This document shows positions 1 to 9,826 of a DNA stretch of 64,000 bases, one piece after another. The position numbers and the translations under genes are program-made. Below the pieces are notes generated by a model. The model was not told where the DNA came from. It worked only from the letters and a program-made list of their open reading frames with translations, and searched no databases. How positions within the stretch are numbered: position 1 is the first letter of the stretch; each line of letters begins with the position of its first letter. Origin of the DNA: an uncultured virus (IMG/VR IMGVR_UViG_3300037147_000124) (lineage: Duplodnaviria; Heunggongvirae; Uroviricota; Caudoviricetes); IMG/VR virus record IMGVR_UViG_3300037147_000124, positions 1 through 64,000 of that record. One strand, given 5' to 3'.

Positions 1-40
1 ATCTTGACTCCGAACGGCAGGTCGTAACTGATCAACTCAC

Positions 41-673
41 TCATTTGCTGACTTGCTCCTTCATTCCGATTTCATCCTGCCAGTCCGGTCCGGAAAGGTA
101 GTCTTCGAGCCAGGTCCGCTGATCCCCACGAGCCTGCGGGGATGCCATCGCGGTAACCCGAAGAATGCACCAATTGGGATGGTCAGCGTAATGCTGCGTT
201 CCCACGCCAATGGCCATGCTCTCGGAGTAAACTCCAGTTTCCCGGGTCACCTTCGATTGAAAGAACACCAGCTTGTTATTGGCGATGTCCCGCTTGATCA
301 GCCAGGTCTGGGGATCCGGGTAATTGACGACCAGCGCCTGCTTGGCCGCTTTCTCGATCGCATACTGTAGGGCATCCGAGAACTGTTCGTGCAGGGTCTC
401 CCTGTTCGATGGGAAGTCCACACGAGATCCGGTGGGATCGTACAGATCGACTCCGCCGCCTTCACGCTCGATCTCGAGTGTGATGCCCCAGTCTTCAGGC
501 AGGCACTGAGCGCATCCCTGAATGATGGCATGCAAGCGGTCTGGGTCGCCGCTCTGGCGGACCAGGCGGCCGTGCTTGGAATGCGGCGCCGGAATGACTG
601 TTGGCCATCCGTCGGCGATACCGGGAGCGAACGCACGTTCTTCAGTCCTATACCAGGTTTGTTCTGACATCAT
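41..673 (-). CDS. hypothetical protein
   Basis: 210-aa ORF tiled with its neighbours by start/stop overlap. Confidence 0.7.
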   Translation of the reverse strand: MMSEQTWYRTEERAFAPGIADGWPTVIPAPHSKHGRLVRQSGDPDRLHAIIQGCAQCLPEDWGITLEIEREGGGVDLYDPTGSRVDFPSNRETLHEQFSDALQYAIEKAAKQALVVNYPDPQTWLIKRDIANNKLVFFQSKVTRETGVYSESMAIGVGTQHYADHPNWCILRVTAMASPQARGDQRTWLEDYLSGPDWQDEIGMKEQVSK

Positions 674-921
674 TTCCTCGATCCGCCCAACGGTTTGCCA
701 TCACGGCCAAGCGGCGCCGGATAAGGCATTTCCATGTAATAGTTGATCTCGTCAAACAGCACGCCGAGATCGGAACCGTCCACATCAGAGATCAGGGCAC
801 TATCCTCGCCGTCGATCGTGATGTGCTTGATGGTCAGAACCCGGCTGCACAGTTCCTCATCCGGGTCATGCCAGAACACCTTGTCGCCAGGCTTCAGCTT
901 TGCCACTTGGTCTGCGGTCAT
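670..921 (-). CDS. hypothetical protein
   Basis: ORF tiled within the minus-strand operon. Confidence 0.65.
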   Translation of the reverse strand: MTADQVAKLKPGDKVFWHDPDEELCSRVLTIKHITIDGEDSALISDVDGSDLGVLFDEINYYMEMPYPAPLGRDGKPLGGSRK

Positions 922-923
922 GG

Positions 924-1148
924 CTACTCTTCCTCGTCTTCCTCGACGTCTTCGTCGAGGGTGGTGCCAAAGCTGTCCACCAGATCGGTCAGGTCCACGT
1001 TGTTGATGGCCTCGGACCGAAGGTAGGTGATCGCGGCATTCTGCATCTCGACGCCGGCATCGTGCTCGGCATCGCCGGAGTCGCCATTCTTGACCCGGTT
1101 GTATACGACGATCGCTTCGAGCAGGTCCTTCGCTAACTCGTTACTCAT
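924..1148 (-). CDS. small protein with acidic tail
   Basis: AGGAG RBS; C-terminus EDVEEDEEE. Confidence 0.7.
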   Translation of the reverse strand: MSNELAKDLLEAIVVYNRVKNGDSGDAEHDAGVEMQNAAITYLRSEAINNVDLTDLVDSFGTTLDEDVEEDEEE

Positions 1149-1158
1149 CTCATTCTCC

Positions 1159-1286
1159 TAGTGGGGCCGGGCAGGATTCGAACCTGCGACCTACGGGTTT
1201 GCTCGGCTTTAGCCAGTTGCTGGTTGACCCAACGTGTGGATTGCCTTCAGTTGGCCCGCTGTTCTAACCGCTGAACTACCGGCCCC
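1159..1286 (-). tRNA. tRNA-like RNA with a 57-nt insert replacing the anticodon loop; identity undetermined
   Basis: Acceptor GGGGCCGG/CCGGCCCC; D-arm GTTC-AGCGGTTA-GAAC; anticodon stem GCGGG/CCCGT; variable AGGTC; T-arm GCAGG-TTCGAAT-CCTGC; 3' end ACTA. Confidence 0.85.
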
Positions 1287-1291
1287 ATGAA

Positions 1292-1492
1292 CTACTTGAT
1301 CTCCAAGACTCGCGGAGACCATTTCCCTTTCAGTCTCTGCAACTCGTTGATCACTTGAATCTGTTCGAAGATGTATCCCAGCCTCGCGTCGGTAAACGTC
1401 GAGCAAGGACGGTCAGTGTTGTGAACATAGTCGGCCAATTCCTTGATCGACTCCACTGTGTGGGCACGCATGAGTTGAACAGCACGTTCCAT
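1292..1492 (-). CDS. hypothetical protein
   Basis: tiled ORF. Confidence 0.6.
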   Translation of the reverse strand: MERAVQLMRAHTVESIKELADYVHNTDRPCSTFTDARLGYIFEQIQVINELQRLKGKWSPRVLEIK

Positions 1493-1711
1493 CTAGGTTC
1501 GCCCCAGAAGCTCAGCAAGGCTGAGTACATGGATCATGCCCACTTGATAGACCCGGCCGCAGCGTTCGCAGCTGCAATGCAGGCTGGCGTGGATCCGATT
1601 GGTTCCGTCCACGGCAACGAACTTGGTGCTGAAGTAGCCTTTGCCTTCCTGATGGCCGTAGCCGAACGCCGGACGATGGCCGACTACAGAACAGATCAAC
1701 TTGTCGATCAT
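1493..1711 (-). CDS. small Cys/His protein
   Basis: CxxxGH...CxRCG pattern; tiled ORF. Confidence 0.6.
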   Translation of the reverse strand: MIDKLICSVVGHRPAFGYGHQEGKGYFSTKFVAVDGTNRIHASLHCSCERCGRVYQVGMIHVLSLAELLGRT

Positions 1712-1917
1712 GAGTGCGTGTACCCGTCTTTCTCGATACCGATGAACATCCCGTTTACCCAGGTCAGTCCGCAGTAGTCTCCGTATGATTGAACGCGGCC
1801 AAAGAATGCATGGCGATCAACAGACCCATCCGGATTGCGATCGAATAACTTGCCGATTGCCTCGACTTGCTCAGGCGTCATCCACTCCGGGATGACGATG
1901 TGCGGTTCAGATGCCAT
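1708..1917 (-). CDS. hypothetical protein
   Basis: GGAGG RBS; overlap with neighbour. Confidence 0.65.
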   Translation of the reverse strand: MASEPHIVIPEWMTPEQVEAIGKLFDRNPDGSVDRHAFFGRVQSYGDYCGLTWVNGMFIGIEKDGYTHS

Positions 1918-2153
1918 TAGTCCTCCAGGATGTAGCGTTCGACTGGGAAAGGTTTGCGCACCGGTCCCTGCCGGATTACAGGAGCCAGCGCCCGGCTCAG
2001 CGGCTTGCAGCGGTCCGTGGTGCGGACCTGCGTGTTATGCATATTCAGCAACCACTTTCCGACCGCGCTGGACCACAGTATCAGCCAGTACCAGGCCAGC
2101 CCGATGCCCAGGATCCACGCGATCGCGTAGGCGTCATTACGAATCTCATTCAT
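1917..2153 (-). CDS. small membrane protein
   Basis: Start MNEIRND after GAGGAGG; hydrophobic segment AIAWILGIGLAWYWLILW. Confidence 0.6.
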   Translation of the reverse strand: MNEIRNDAYAIAWILGIGLAWYWLILWSSAVGKWLLNMHNTQVRTTDRCKPLSRALAPVIRQGPVRKPFPVERYILED

Positions 2154-2772
2154 GCGGCCCTCCTCGGCGGCAATGGAAATACCTGATCTTCTTCCACCAG
2201 GCCGGATGGGATCTGGCGCTTCACGCACTCCGCGTGATAGGCCACAACCATCTCTTTGAACTCGGGCGTGAACGGCCCTCCGTCTCGATACGTGTCAGCG
2301 ATGCCGCCGCGACCGTTGAACAGCGCCTGCAACTGCTTCGTGGATCGATTGGACATCGAGCTGAGGACTGCCACGCTATTCTCCTTGAGTCCCGAGGGGC
2401 CCACCGCCCTTGACGTGTTCGCTGGCCATTGGAGGCCAGCTAGCCTTGCTTGCGGTGGGCGCGACGGAGACGGTTGCAAGATCATCAGCCCCAAAGGACC
2501 TCATAGCTCTTGCGGGCTATCTTGTGTGGGTTGCAACGTAGGTACTGCCCAGCATGAGCCCGATTACCAACAGCAGACCCCAGCGGCCGCGCAGCTCCCG
2601 GTTGCCGTTATCGTTGATGAAGAACACCTGTCGGTCATACCAGGCGTCCGGCCCGCGATAGCGGATCGGTGCAATCCAGTTCCAGAGCTTCATGTCTCCT
2701 ACTTCCCGAAGATGAACCAGGCGATTACGAAACCGACCAGGCATCCACTTCCCCAGATGTTCCAGAACCTAC

Positions 2773-3159
2773 TCATTCTTCCTCCCACTTCCACACGCTA
2801 GCCGGTGCTTCCGGCGGATTTGTAGCCTGATCCAGAGCGTCGGCGATCTGCGCCCAGCGCTCGTCTGACGCGGGCGGCGTGTTGGTTGCCCGGATCAGCA
2901 GCTCCTGCGCAACCTTGAGCGCAGCGATCAACTTAGGTGTTGCGGCAATCGCATGGCAGTCCGCCCACTTAGTGGGATAGTTCTCATCGGCGCCGATGTC
3001 GAAGTTCCGCGTGTGGTTCAGGTGCGGATGCCCTTCGTATGGTTTGGCCGCTACGAAGAACTTGCCGGCGCCGGGAACGCCGTCCGGGATGATCAGGACG
3101 TACCAGTCGCCCGGGGTAATGCCTTCGATCTTCTCTTTAGCCGGCATGGACTGCTCCAC
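2773..3159 (-). CDS. hypothetical phage protein
   Basis: TPGxW...IAAxPxL pattern typical of small phage proteins. Confidence 0.65.
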   Translation of the reverse strand: MEQSMPAKEKIEGITPGDWYVLIIPDGVPGAGKFFVAAKPYEGHPHLNHTRNFDIGADENYPTKWADCHAIAATPKLIAALKVAQELLIRATNTPPASDERWAQIADALDQATNPPEAPASVWKWEEE

Positions 3160-3439
3160 AGGGGTTCGACTCGGCGGTGAGTGCTGTCTTCTCGGTGAAC
3201 TCTGTCTGCCCGAGTTTGTAAAGACCCACCGTGTCTGTGCTGTAGCCGACGATCTGGGTCAGCCAGTCGGTCAGGGCGCGCAACACCGGGCCATTGCCAT
3301 GCTCGAGATACCAGTCGCGCATGGCCTTCAACACAACGGCGGGATTGGTCGGCGGATAGTCCTTGAACAGGACAGTCCAGATCACCTTGATGGTCTCGTC
3401 TTCGAGCTTCACTGCTTTTGCTTCTGCTACCTCTGACAT
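3137..3439 (-). CDS. hypothetical protein
   Basis: Start MSEVAEAK after GGAG RBS. Confidence 0.6.
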   Translation of the reverse strand: MSEVAEAKAVKLEDETIKVIWTVLFKDYPPTNPAVVLKAMRDWYLEHGNGPVLRALTDWLTQIVGYSTDTVGLYKLGQTEFTEKTALTAESNPCGAVHAG

Positions 3440-3852
3440 CTCATCTCCCAGGGTCAGATCAACTGAACCAGTTGCACCAGAAACGCTGTGGCGCTGATAA
3501 ACAATGTCGTGAACAACAGCAGGAACAGAAACAGCAGCTCCCGCGTCGGCGCTTTGTCGGCGACCCAGCACAATCCCGCCAGACAGAGGATCGCTATCAC
3601 GAACGATCCGATGATTCCAAGTGCCTGCTTCATCTCGATCTCCTGATGCGGTACAGGACAGCGGGCAGCCTAACGGCCACCCGAAGTCCCTCCGCAGACG
3701 GTTCCCTTCTCTGGGTCCCCGACAACCCGTCATGCGCCCATTTCGCCGATTAGCTGCGTGCCCGCAGGTCCGTACAGGCCCTTGTGCGAGGTCCACGGCT
3801 GGTGAGGGTACATTCCCACCTCTGCTTCACTGGCTGCTTGCGCTGCCGAGCT

Positions 3853-4074
3853 TTACGCCGCTGCGGCTTCCGCTGCATCGGTGGTCGCGGCCGGAGCTGC
3901 GGTGTTCTTGGAGCCGCGGGTCGACTTCGCCTTGGTCGTCGTCGTGATCGTGGTGGTCGCGGTCTTCGCGTTCACCAGGGCCGTGACGAAGTTCTTGGTC
4001 GTGGTCGCCTGCTCGTTGGTTTGGGCGTTGATTGCCGTCACCAGGAAGGATTCGAAACTGATCTTCTTTGCCAT
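3853..4074 (-). CDS. small Thr/Ala/Lys-rich protein
   Basis: AAAGGGA RBS; low-complexity sequence; long upstream leader. Confidence 0.7.
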   Translation of the reverse strand: MAKKISFESFLVTAINAQTNEQATTTKNFVTALVNAKTATTTITTTTKAKSTRGSKNTAAPAATTDAAEAAAA

Positions 4075-4247
4075 TGTGTTTGTCCCTTTCAAGGAGAACT
4101 GCTGCGCGTTTTGTTAGCCGGGTTCGCGCCCACCGGTCAAATTGGGGACGCCATGGCTTCTTGCAAAGTCATAGCGCACCTCCACCACCAGCAGTAAAGG
4201 CTACTGGTCCTGTTCCCCGATTGTTACGGATCGGGGACCGTGCAGAC

Positions 4248-4265
4248 ATCGGGTAAAACCCTTAG
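4248..4265 (-). promoter_or_regulatory. class I motif copy (CTAAGGGTTTTACCCGAT)
   Basis: 16/18 identical to the copy at 35421-35438; intergenic. Confidence 0.6.
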
Positions 4266-4303
4266 CTGCTTGCATACATCTGAGGTCCTGCTGCTCAAGA
4301 TCC

Positions 4304-4332
4304 ATACTGGCCCCTGAGCAGCAACTACCAAA
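4304..4332 (-). promoter_or_regulatory. class II promoter TTTGGTAG-N15-CAGTAT
   Basis: Recurring motif with conserved spacing. Confidence 0.6.
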
Positions 4333-4599
4333 GCTATGCGGCCTTCTTTGCTGCGTGAACGCATTCTTGTGCGATCACCTTCAGCAAATTCGATGTTGCC
4401 GTCTGACCCAGGACTTCGCCCTGGAGTTCTCGGATCTTCGACCCGAGACTGGTTACCATCTGGTTGTGACACTTCAGACACACGGCTCGCTTCATCCGCT
4501 GAGTTGTGCATGCGGTACAAGTAAGCGCTGACATTTGCAGTTTCGATTTCCTGCTTCTGGGAGAATCCATTGGTTGACCCTCGGTGCTTCACAGCATCG

Positions 4600-5697
4600 T
4601 TACGGGGAGGACTTGAAGAATTGGGAGAGAGGAGTCCACGTTCGAGAGACAGTGGCTCTGCAGAACTCCAGGATGCGAACAATACTCCACCTCTGTCTGA
4701 GGACGTCGGAGTAGAAATAACCCAACCAGCCAAGGAGCCAGACTTCCAGATCCAATTGCAGCTCTGGTGTAAGTTCTGGTAACTCCGAGATGCCACGCAT
4801 TCCTTCGAGTGTGGCCAGACTGGTTTCAATCTGGGTTAGTACCTGCTGATAGGGGATCTCCCCGAGTCTCACTTGGCGCAGGTAAGTGCGCAGCGGGTCA
4901 GGAAGCGGAAACGTCAGTTTCCCGGTCGCGAGTAGGGTGATTCCCTCGTTCACGATACGGAGAGCATGAGACGTGGCCTTCCAGTCCACGTTGCTCTCTG
5001 ACGCCTGCTTAGCGCGGCTGCCAAACTTGGCGAGCAGAGCCTCTGCAGTTTGCAGGTTGTAGCGGAAGCTCGACGTATAGGGCAGGATCTTGTCGAGCAG
5101 TTTGATGCAGGGGCGCATGGCGCCCTTACCGGAGGCATCGTACTCCGTAACGTGGAAGTATTCCGGAAACTCCTTCTCAATCAACCGCGCCTTCTCTTCA
5201 AGGAACGGCTGGACCATGAACAAACGCTCATCGGCCCGGAAGCCTTTGAGCAGTTCGATGGTGGCGAGCACAGCATTCAGCCGCTCGCCCTTCAAGGAGT
5301 ACAAACCAGCCTGATCCGCACAGTACCGGGCAATCGCCCGGATCTGTGAGGTCAGAAAGCGCTCGCGCAGTTCATGACAGAACTGGCGGAACCGTGGATC
5401 GTAGATCGTCTGCTCGGCCCCATTGAAGTCGACAGCGAACACCAACTCCAGGGCATAGCTCTGACCGCCCATGAAGTCCCGCGCCAGGATGTGGAGCGGG
5501 ATGTTCTCGACATCAATGTGCTCGGCCGAGTTCTTTCCGGTGCCGGTCTTGGTGGACCGGTACTTGTTCTTGGGCGCACGGCCCAGCAGGAGATCCGAGA
5601 ACTTCGGCAGGATCACGTGCTTGATGTCACGGTCAGAGGTAGGAATGGTCGTGCCGTACAGGCTCGACCCGTACAGGCAACTAAAGAGGGTTCGCAA
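4600..5697 (-). CDS. DNA polymerase beta superfamily nucleotidyltransferase (T4 NrdC.11-like)
   Basis: Motif LYGSSLYG...SDRD; C-terminal WKATSHALR; TTG start after AGGAGG. Confidence 0.8.
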   Translation of the reverse strand: MRTLFSCLYGSSLYGTTIPTSDRDIKHVILPKFSDLLLGRAPKNKYRSTKTGTGKNSAEHIDVENIPLHILARDFMGGQSYALELVFAVDFNGAEQTIYDPRFRQFCHELRERFLTSQIRAIARYCADQAGLYSLKGERLNAVLATIELLKGFRADERLFMVQPFLEEKARLIEKEFPEYFHVTEYDASGKGAMRPCIKLLDKILPYTSSFRYNLQTAEALLAKFGSRAKQASESNVDWKATSHALRIVNEGITLLATGKLTFPLPDPLRTYLRQVRLGEIPYQQVLTQIETSLATLEGMRGISELPELTPELQLDLEVWLLGWLGYFYSDVLRQRWSIVRILEFCRATVSRTWTPLSQFFKSSP

Positions 5698-6040
5698 CGA
5701 CAACCTCCTGGGAAAGATGGGAGTCAATCCCCTTCTGGATATTGGCGACGGGCTGCATCCCGGTCAGAGTAGCCAGCTTGTTCTCGCCGTCGAACAGGAT
5801 CAGGGTAGGAACCCCGCGGACGTTGTAGGAAGCTGCCCGGTGATTGGTCAGGTCGACGTCGTAATAAAGCACGTTGACCACGCCGGCGTTCTGCTTGGCG
5901 ATGACCTCGACATTCACTCGGATCTGCTCGCACGGGCCACACCACGCCGCTCCGAAAAGCACCAGGGTAAGGCCATCCGCTTTGCCTACGGCGTCCGACC
6001 AGGTGGTGTCGGTCACGCTTCCAATCAGGCTCTTCGCCAT
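5681..6040 (-). CDS. trxA: thioredoxin
   Basis: WCGPC active site; VRGVPTLILF. Confidence 0.92.
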   Translation of the reverse strand: MAKSLIGSVTDTTWSDAVGKADGLTLVLFGAAWCGPCEQIRVNVEVIAKQNAGVVNVLYYDVDLTNHRAASYNVRGVPTLILFDGENKLATLTGMQPVANIQKGIDSHLSQEVVVANPL

Positions 6041-6048
6041 GGTTCTCC

Positions 6049-6396
6049 TTAGTACCCGAGCACCGTCAGTTCCTTCAGGAACCGGTTGATGCAAGTCTGT
6101 TTCAGATCGCGTTCCACGCTCTGGTTGGTGGTGCAATAGACGGCCGCCAGCAGATCGACGAACGCCTTCCGTAGCGACTTGGTCCTGGGATCCGGCTCAT
6201 TGCTGAGCAGGCCGGAGACAATGCCACCTTGTTCCGGCGTCAGTTCGTCGCCGAAAAGACGACGGACTTCGCGGCACACTGGAATCAGACCTGGATCGCT
6301 GCTCCCGAAATGCTGGATGCGTAACTGCTCTGCCAGGGCCAGCAGACGGATAGATTTCACCCGCCGCCTATAACTCGTCTTCGCCACGCTTCTCAT
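6049..6396 (-). CDS. hypothetical protein
   Basis: GGAGG RBS; tiled ORF. Confidence 0.6.
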   Translation of the reverse strand: MRSVAKTSYRRRVKSIRLLALAEQLRIQHFGSSDPGLIPVCREVRRLFGDELTPEQGGIVSGLLSNEPDPRTKSLRKAFVDLLAAVYCTTNQSVERDLKQTCINRFLKELTVLGY

Positions 6397-6900
6397 TTAC
6401 CCTCCGACACGGTGTTGCACGATGATCTCGTTGTTGCCGAATGCTGTATGCCAGCCGCGTTTATCGCCAGAACAACAGGGTAAACAGAACGTCCGTTCGC
6501 CATCTTCGTTCGGCTCAGCCTCCACCAGAGAGGGATACTTGCGCCGAACGGCTGCGAGCTTTTCCTCATCCGTCATAGACGGACTTCCGATCGGGATGAA
6601 CTGACCGAACAAAGTTGCCATCGTCCAGTGCATGTTGTCCTGAAACCCGAAACCGAAGCTGTAACTACTCTTCCGCCTACGAATCTCGAAGTGCCCATTG
6701 TGGGCCAGATTGGCCACACCCTCTGGGTCTGCACCGGTACCAGGCTTGTAAGCGCGGTACATGGACCCGGCGACGAACGTCGGATCCATCTTGCGAACAA
6801 ACTGGGAGAAGGACGAGCTGTAACTATCGCCTAGAGACTGCACCGCCATTGCCCCACTTGGCTTGAAGTAAGCCCGTACTTCTCCCGATTTGCGTCGCAC
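6397..6900 (-). CDS. hypothetical protein
   Basis: tiled ORF. Confidence 0.6.
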   Translation of the reverse strand: MRRKSGEVRAYFKPSGAMAVQSLGDSYSSSFSQFVRKMDPTFVAGSMYRAYKPGTGADPEGVANLAHNGHFEIRRRKSSYSFGFGFQDNMHWTMATLFGQFIPIGSPSMTDEEKLAAVRRKYPSLVEAEPNEDGERTFCLPCCSGDKRGWHTAFGNNEIIVQHRVGG

Positions 6901-6902
6901 GT

Positions 6903-7841
6903 TTAGACCTTTCCTGAAGCGAGCTTCTTCTGCCTACCAGCAGACAAACCCTTCTTGCCGGCCAGCTTGAGTGCTTCCATTGCTGCGTCGAACTGCGCCT
7001 TGACGTCACCGGAGATCCTGACTTCGTCCTTCTCGAACGTCTTCAGCATTTCCATGGCAGCTTCGCTGTCGCCGAACTGTACCTGCTCCGCCACACGGCG
7101 GTTCAGAGCCGAGAAGCCAGCCGAGCGCTCCACATATTCCTTGACCACCTTGATGACCGCGTCCGACAGGCCAGGAAGGCCGTCGTAGAGGAACTTGTCG
7201 ATCTTGGTGTCCAGGCTGCGACCTTCGTCTCCGATGTCGTCCAGCTTGCTCAGCAGGGCAAGCTTCTGCTTCTCGCGGAGTTTGACGTTCTCGCGGAACG
7301 TCGCCAGGGTCATCGTCTGATCCAGGTCGTCCATGTCCAGCGGGCCGGTCAGGCCTTCGGACTCCTCGAAGAGTTCCTTGCCGCGCTTGAGCAGCTTGGA
7401 ACGCTTCTCGATCATCAGAGCCACTTCCGGGCTGATGATGCGAACCGCCTCATTCAGACCAGGCAACTGGTTGATGATGTCGGACGCACGCAGGGCAGCG
7501 ATCGCCTCCAGCTCCGTGGTCGGCCGGCCGCCCACGAACTTGCGGTAGTTCTGATAGCTCGGGGTCCCGTACGCGCCTTGGGGCTCGAACAGATCCTCTG
7601 GTGTGGAGCACCACGAATCCTTGAGCGGCTTGATGTGCTTGTCGGAGATGAAATGCCTGTCCTTGGCCTTGTTCACGATCTGCCTGGCGGTCGCGAGGAG
7701 AATGAAACGCGCGACACGGATGCGGTCGTTGAAGGTCTTGACGAACGTGGCCTTCTTGTCCTCGCTCCAGGTCGACAGCTGGTCATTGCTCAGCTGCGCG
7801 GTGAGCGCGGTTATATCGTTGGCTTGAGTATCCTGTGACAT
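6903..7841 (-). CDS. hypothetical helical/coiled-coil protein
   Basis: AAGGA RBS before MSQDTQ; strong codon bias. Confidence 0.75.
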   Translation of the reverse strand: MSQDTQANDITALTAQLSNDQLSTWSEDKKATFVKTFNDRIRVARFILLATARQIVNKAKDRHFISDKHIKPLKDSWCSTPEDLFEPQGAYGTPSYQNYRKFVGGRPTTELEAIAALRASDIINQLPGLNEAVRIISPEVALMIEKRSKLLKRGKELFEESEGLTGPLDMDDLDQTMTLATFRENVKLREKQKLALLSKLDDIGDEGRSLDTKIDKFLYDGLPGLSDAVIKVVKEYVERSAGFSALNRRVAEQVQFGDSEAAMEMLKTFEKDEVRISGDVKAQFDAAMEALKLAGKKGLSAGRQKKLASGKV

Positions 7842-7854
7842 GTATTCCTTTCGG

Positions 7855-9063
7855 TTATGCTGCGATGAGGTGAGTGGGCTTGTCCTCGCCCTGGCCATCG
7901 ATGTAGAAGACGTCCCGGCCGTGAGGCCGAACGATCTTCCAGAGAGCCTCATGGGCCTCCCAGATCCGGTTGTCCATCATCATCATGGCGATCGGGCCCA
8001 GGACCATGTCCCGTTCGATCACCAGGCGATAGAACTCCCGGTCATCCTTGACCTCGGCGCGCAATGGTGTAATCCAGGCCAGAACATCCAGCGCCTTACA
8101 GATCTGGAAGTGAAAAGCCTGATAGAGTCTCCTCTGCCATTCCTCGATCCAGGTCTTGAAGTGAGGCGGCAACTGCGACTGCAGGTGCGTCGGCCTCAAC
8201 CATGGCTTGAGCGGATCGCCCATCTGTTCCCAGATCATCTGGGGCGTCACATTGGTGACCAGGCGATGCAGCCGGAGATACTCCTCGAGCTTGATCTTCA
8301 CCTTGAGCGGGGGTTGTCCGCCGCGGCGGACTGAGACCACATAACCCTCACGGGTCAGGTCCTTATCCTGCCTGCAGGCCATCAGAGTCTTACCCGAGAA
8401 GGCAGGCACTACGCGGCACCATGGTTTCCCCTTGGCGCCTGCGTTCAGCTCCTTCCAGAGGCCTTCCAGTTGCCAGTGGCGCAACTCGTCACCGGTGTCG
8501 TTCATGACGGTCGTCAAAAGCACCAGGGCCTCGTAGTCGTAAGGAATCACGATGCGGAGATGCTTGGCGACGATCTCAACGATCAAGGTCAATCCCTTGG
8601 GGATGCACTCGACCATGCCATACTTGACGAACTTCTGGAACTTGGCAGTCGCCCAGATCGCGCCGTCCGAGGTGAACGACCCGCGGGTGGCCACACCCCA
8701 GTGCTCCTTGTAGTTCCAGACGATGCCCATCTGGCCATCGATTTTGTCGGTGAACTCCAGCTCGTTGCCGTAGGCCCGGGCAATGCCCAGGACGAACTCC
8801 TCTGAGAATTCCAATAGTCCTTGGCCAACGATGTCGACCGTCTGGCCCAGGTTGAAGAACTTCGGTTGCGGACGCGCGATGACCTCATCGGTATCATCGA
8901 TGATCAGACCGCGGCAGAAGCAGATCTCCGTGCTCCAACGCTCATCGATCGTAGCCTTATGGGTATAGTTGAAGATCCGTAACGGCAGAGTCGGGTGGTG
9001 TTGAATACCGATGTAACCATTGGCGATCTCCTGCTTGAGTGCGTCCGTCCAAATCATCTTCAT
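7855..9063 (-). CDS. RNA ligase, T4 Rnl1-like
   Basis: IFNYT, CRGLI, PKFFN, adenylation motif DKIDG, ATRGSF, EGYV, VKIK. Confidence 0.9.
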   Translation of the reverse strand: MKMIWTDALKQEIANGYIGIQHHPTLPLRIFNYTHKATIDERWSTEICFCRGLIIDDTDEVIARPQPKFFNLGQTVDIVGQGLLEFSEEFVLGIARAYGNELEFTDKIDGQMGIVWNYKEHWGVATRGSFTSDGAIWATAKFQKFVKYGMVECIPKGLTLIVEIVAKHLRIVIPYDYEALVLLTTVMNDTGDELRHWQLEGLWKELNAGAKGKPWCRVVPAFSGKTLMACRQDKDLTREGYVVSVRRGGQPPLKVKIKLEEYLRLHRLVTNVTPQMIWEQMGDPLKPWLRPTHLQSQLPPHFKTWIEEWQRRLYQAFHFQICKALDVLAWITPLRAEVKDDREFYRLVIERDMVLGPIAMMMMDNRIWEAHEALWKIVRPHGRDVFYIDGQGEDKPTHLIAA

Positions 9064-9392
9064 ATTCGTGTCTGCCCCTTTGCGTGGCGAATGACCTTGT
9101 TCCCGTACGGGCTCATCTTCTGTTCCTGAGCTGTCAGGTCGTACTTGTGATCCTTCCAGGCCTCGCATGCATGAACAGTTTCAGCATGAACATGGCCATC
9201 CGGGATGTCGCCAAACCAACGCCTCACGTGGCACCCACAGGCCAGTCGGGCCTCAATGCACATCGTCACGACTCGGCGAGTGGCCTTGATCTTGAGCTTG
9301 GGACGACGCGGACACTTGTTCAAATGCTTGAACAGAGGTGTCCTGTCTAAGACCGCACCGCAGTGCGGGCAGTGCTCTCGGCAGCCCTTCAT
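9060..9392 (-). CDS. Cys/His-rich putative zinc-binding protein
   Basis: CPHC...H...C motif; tiled ORF. Confidence 0.55.
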   Translation of the reverse strand: MKGCREHCPHCGAVLDRTPLFKHLNKCPRRPKLKIKATRRVVTMCIEARLACGCHVRRWFGDIPDGHVHAETVHACEAWKDHKYDLTAQEQKMSPYGNKVIRHAKGQTRI

Positions 9393-9622
9393 CAGGCGGC
9401 CGCGGGTGTGGTGTTGATGGTGTCCAGCATGCCGCCGAACCGCTCCATCAGCGTCTGGGGACGCGTGCCGCGGGATGCAGCTGCTACCAGTCGGAGTTCG
9501 ATTGCACCCTGGTCAAAGGTCACGATCTCGTCAGCAGACGAGGGTTGGGGTGCCATGTTGTGTTCGAGATACTCTTCACGAGCCTCCGCAGAGGCGAATC
9601 CAGCGAAACTACGGTTGTCCAT
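9392..9622 (-). CDS. hypothetical protein
   Basis: AAGGAG RBS. Confidence 0.6.
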   Translation of the reverse strand: MDNRSFAGFASAEAREEYLEHNMAPQPSSADEIVTFDQGAIELRLVAAASRGTRPQTLMERFGGMLDTINTTPAAA

Positions 9623-9826
9623 GTTGCTCCTTCGGTCGTCGGTGCCAGAGCCTCAATATCCATGCAGGAATGAAGGCTCCTTTCTTGTGTGCAGATACGC
9701 GAAGCGGTATGTGCAGGTCATCGGCGATCGCTCGGATCGCCGCGTAAGCGGGATGCTCCCGGAATTCCTTGATCGCCGATTCTTCGCTATCGGCGATGCC
9801 CTCGATGAGGATCATGCGGATCTCCA

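Noticed and set aside
1159..1286. tmRNA or group I intron interpretation of the tRNA-like RNA
   Set aside because: It has a full D-stem, no G3-U70 pair and no tag ORF; 57 nt is far too short for a group I core.
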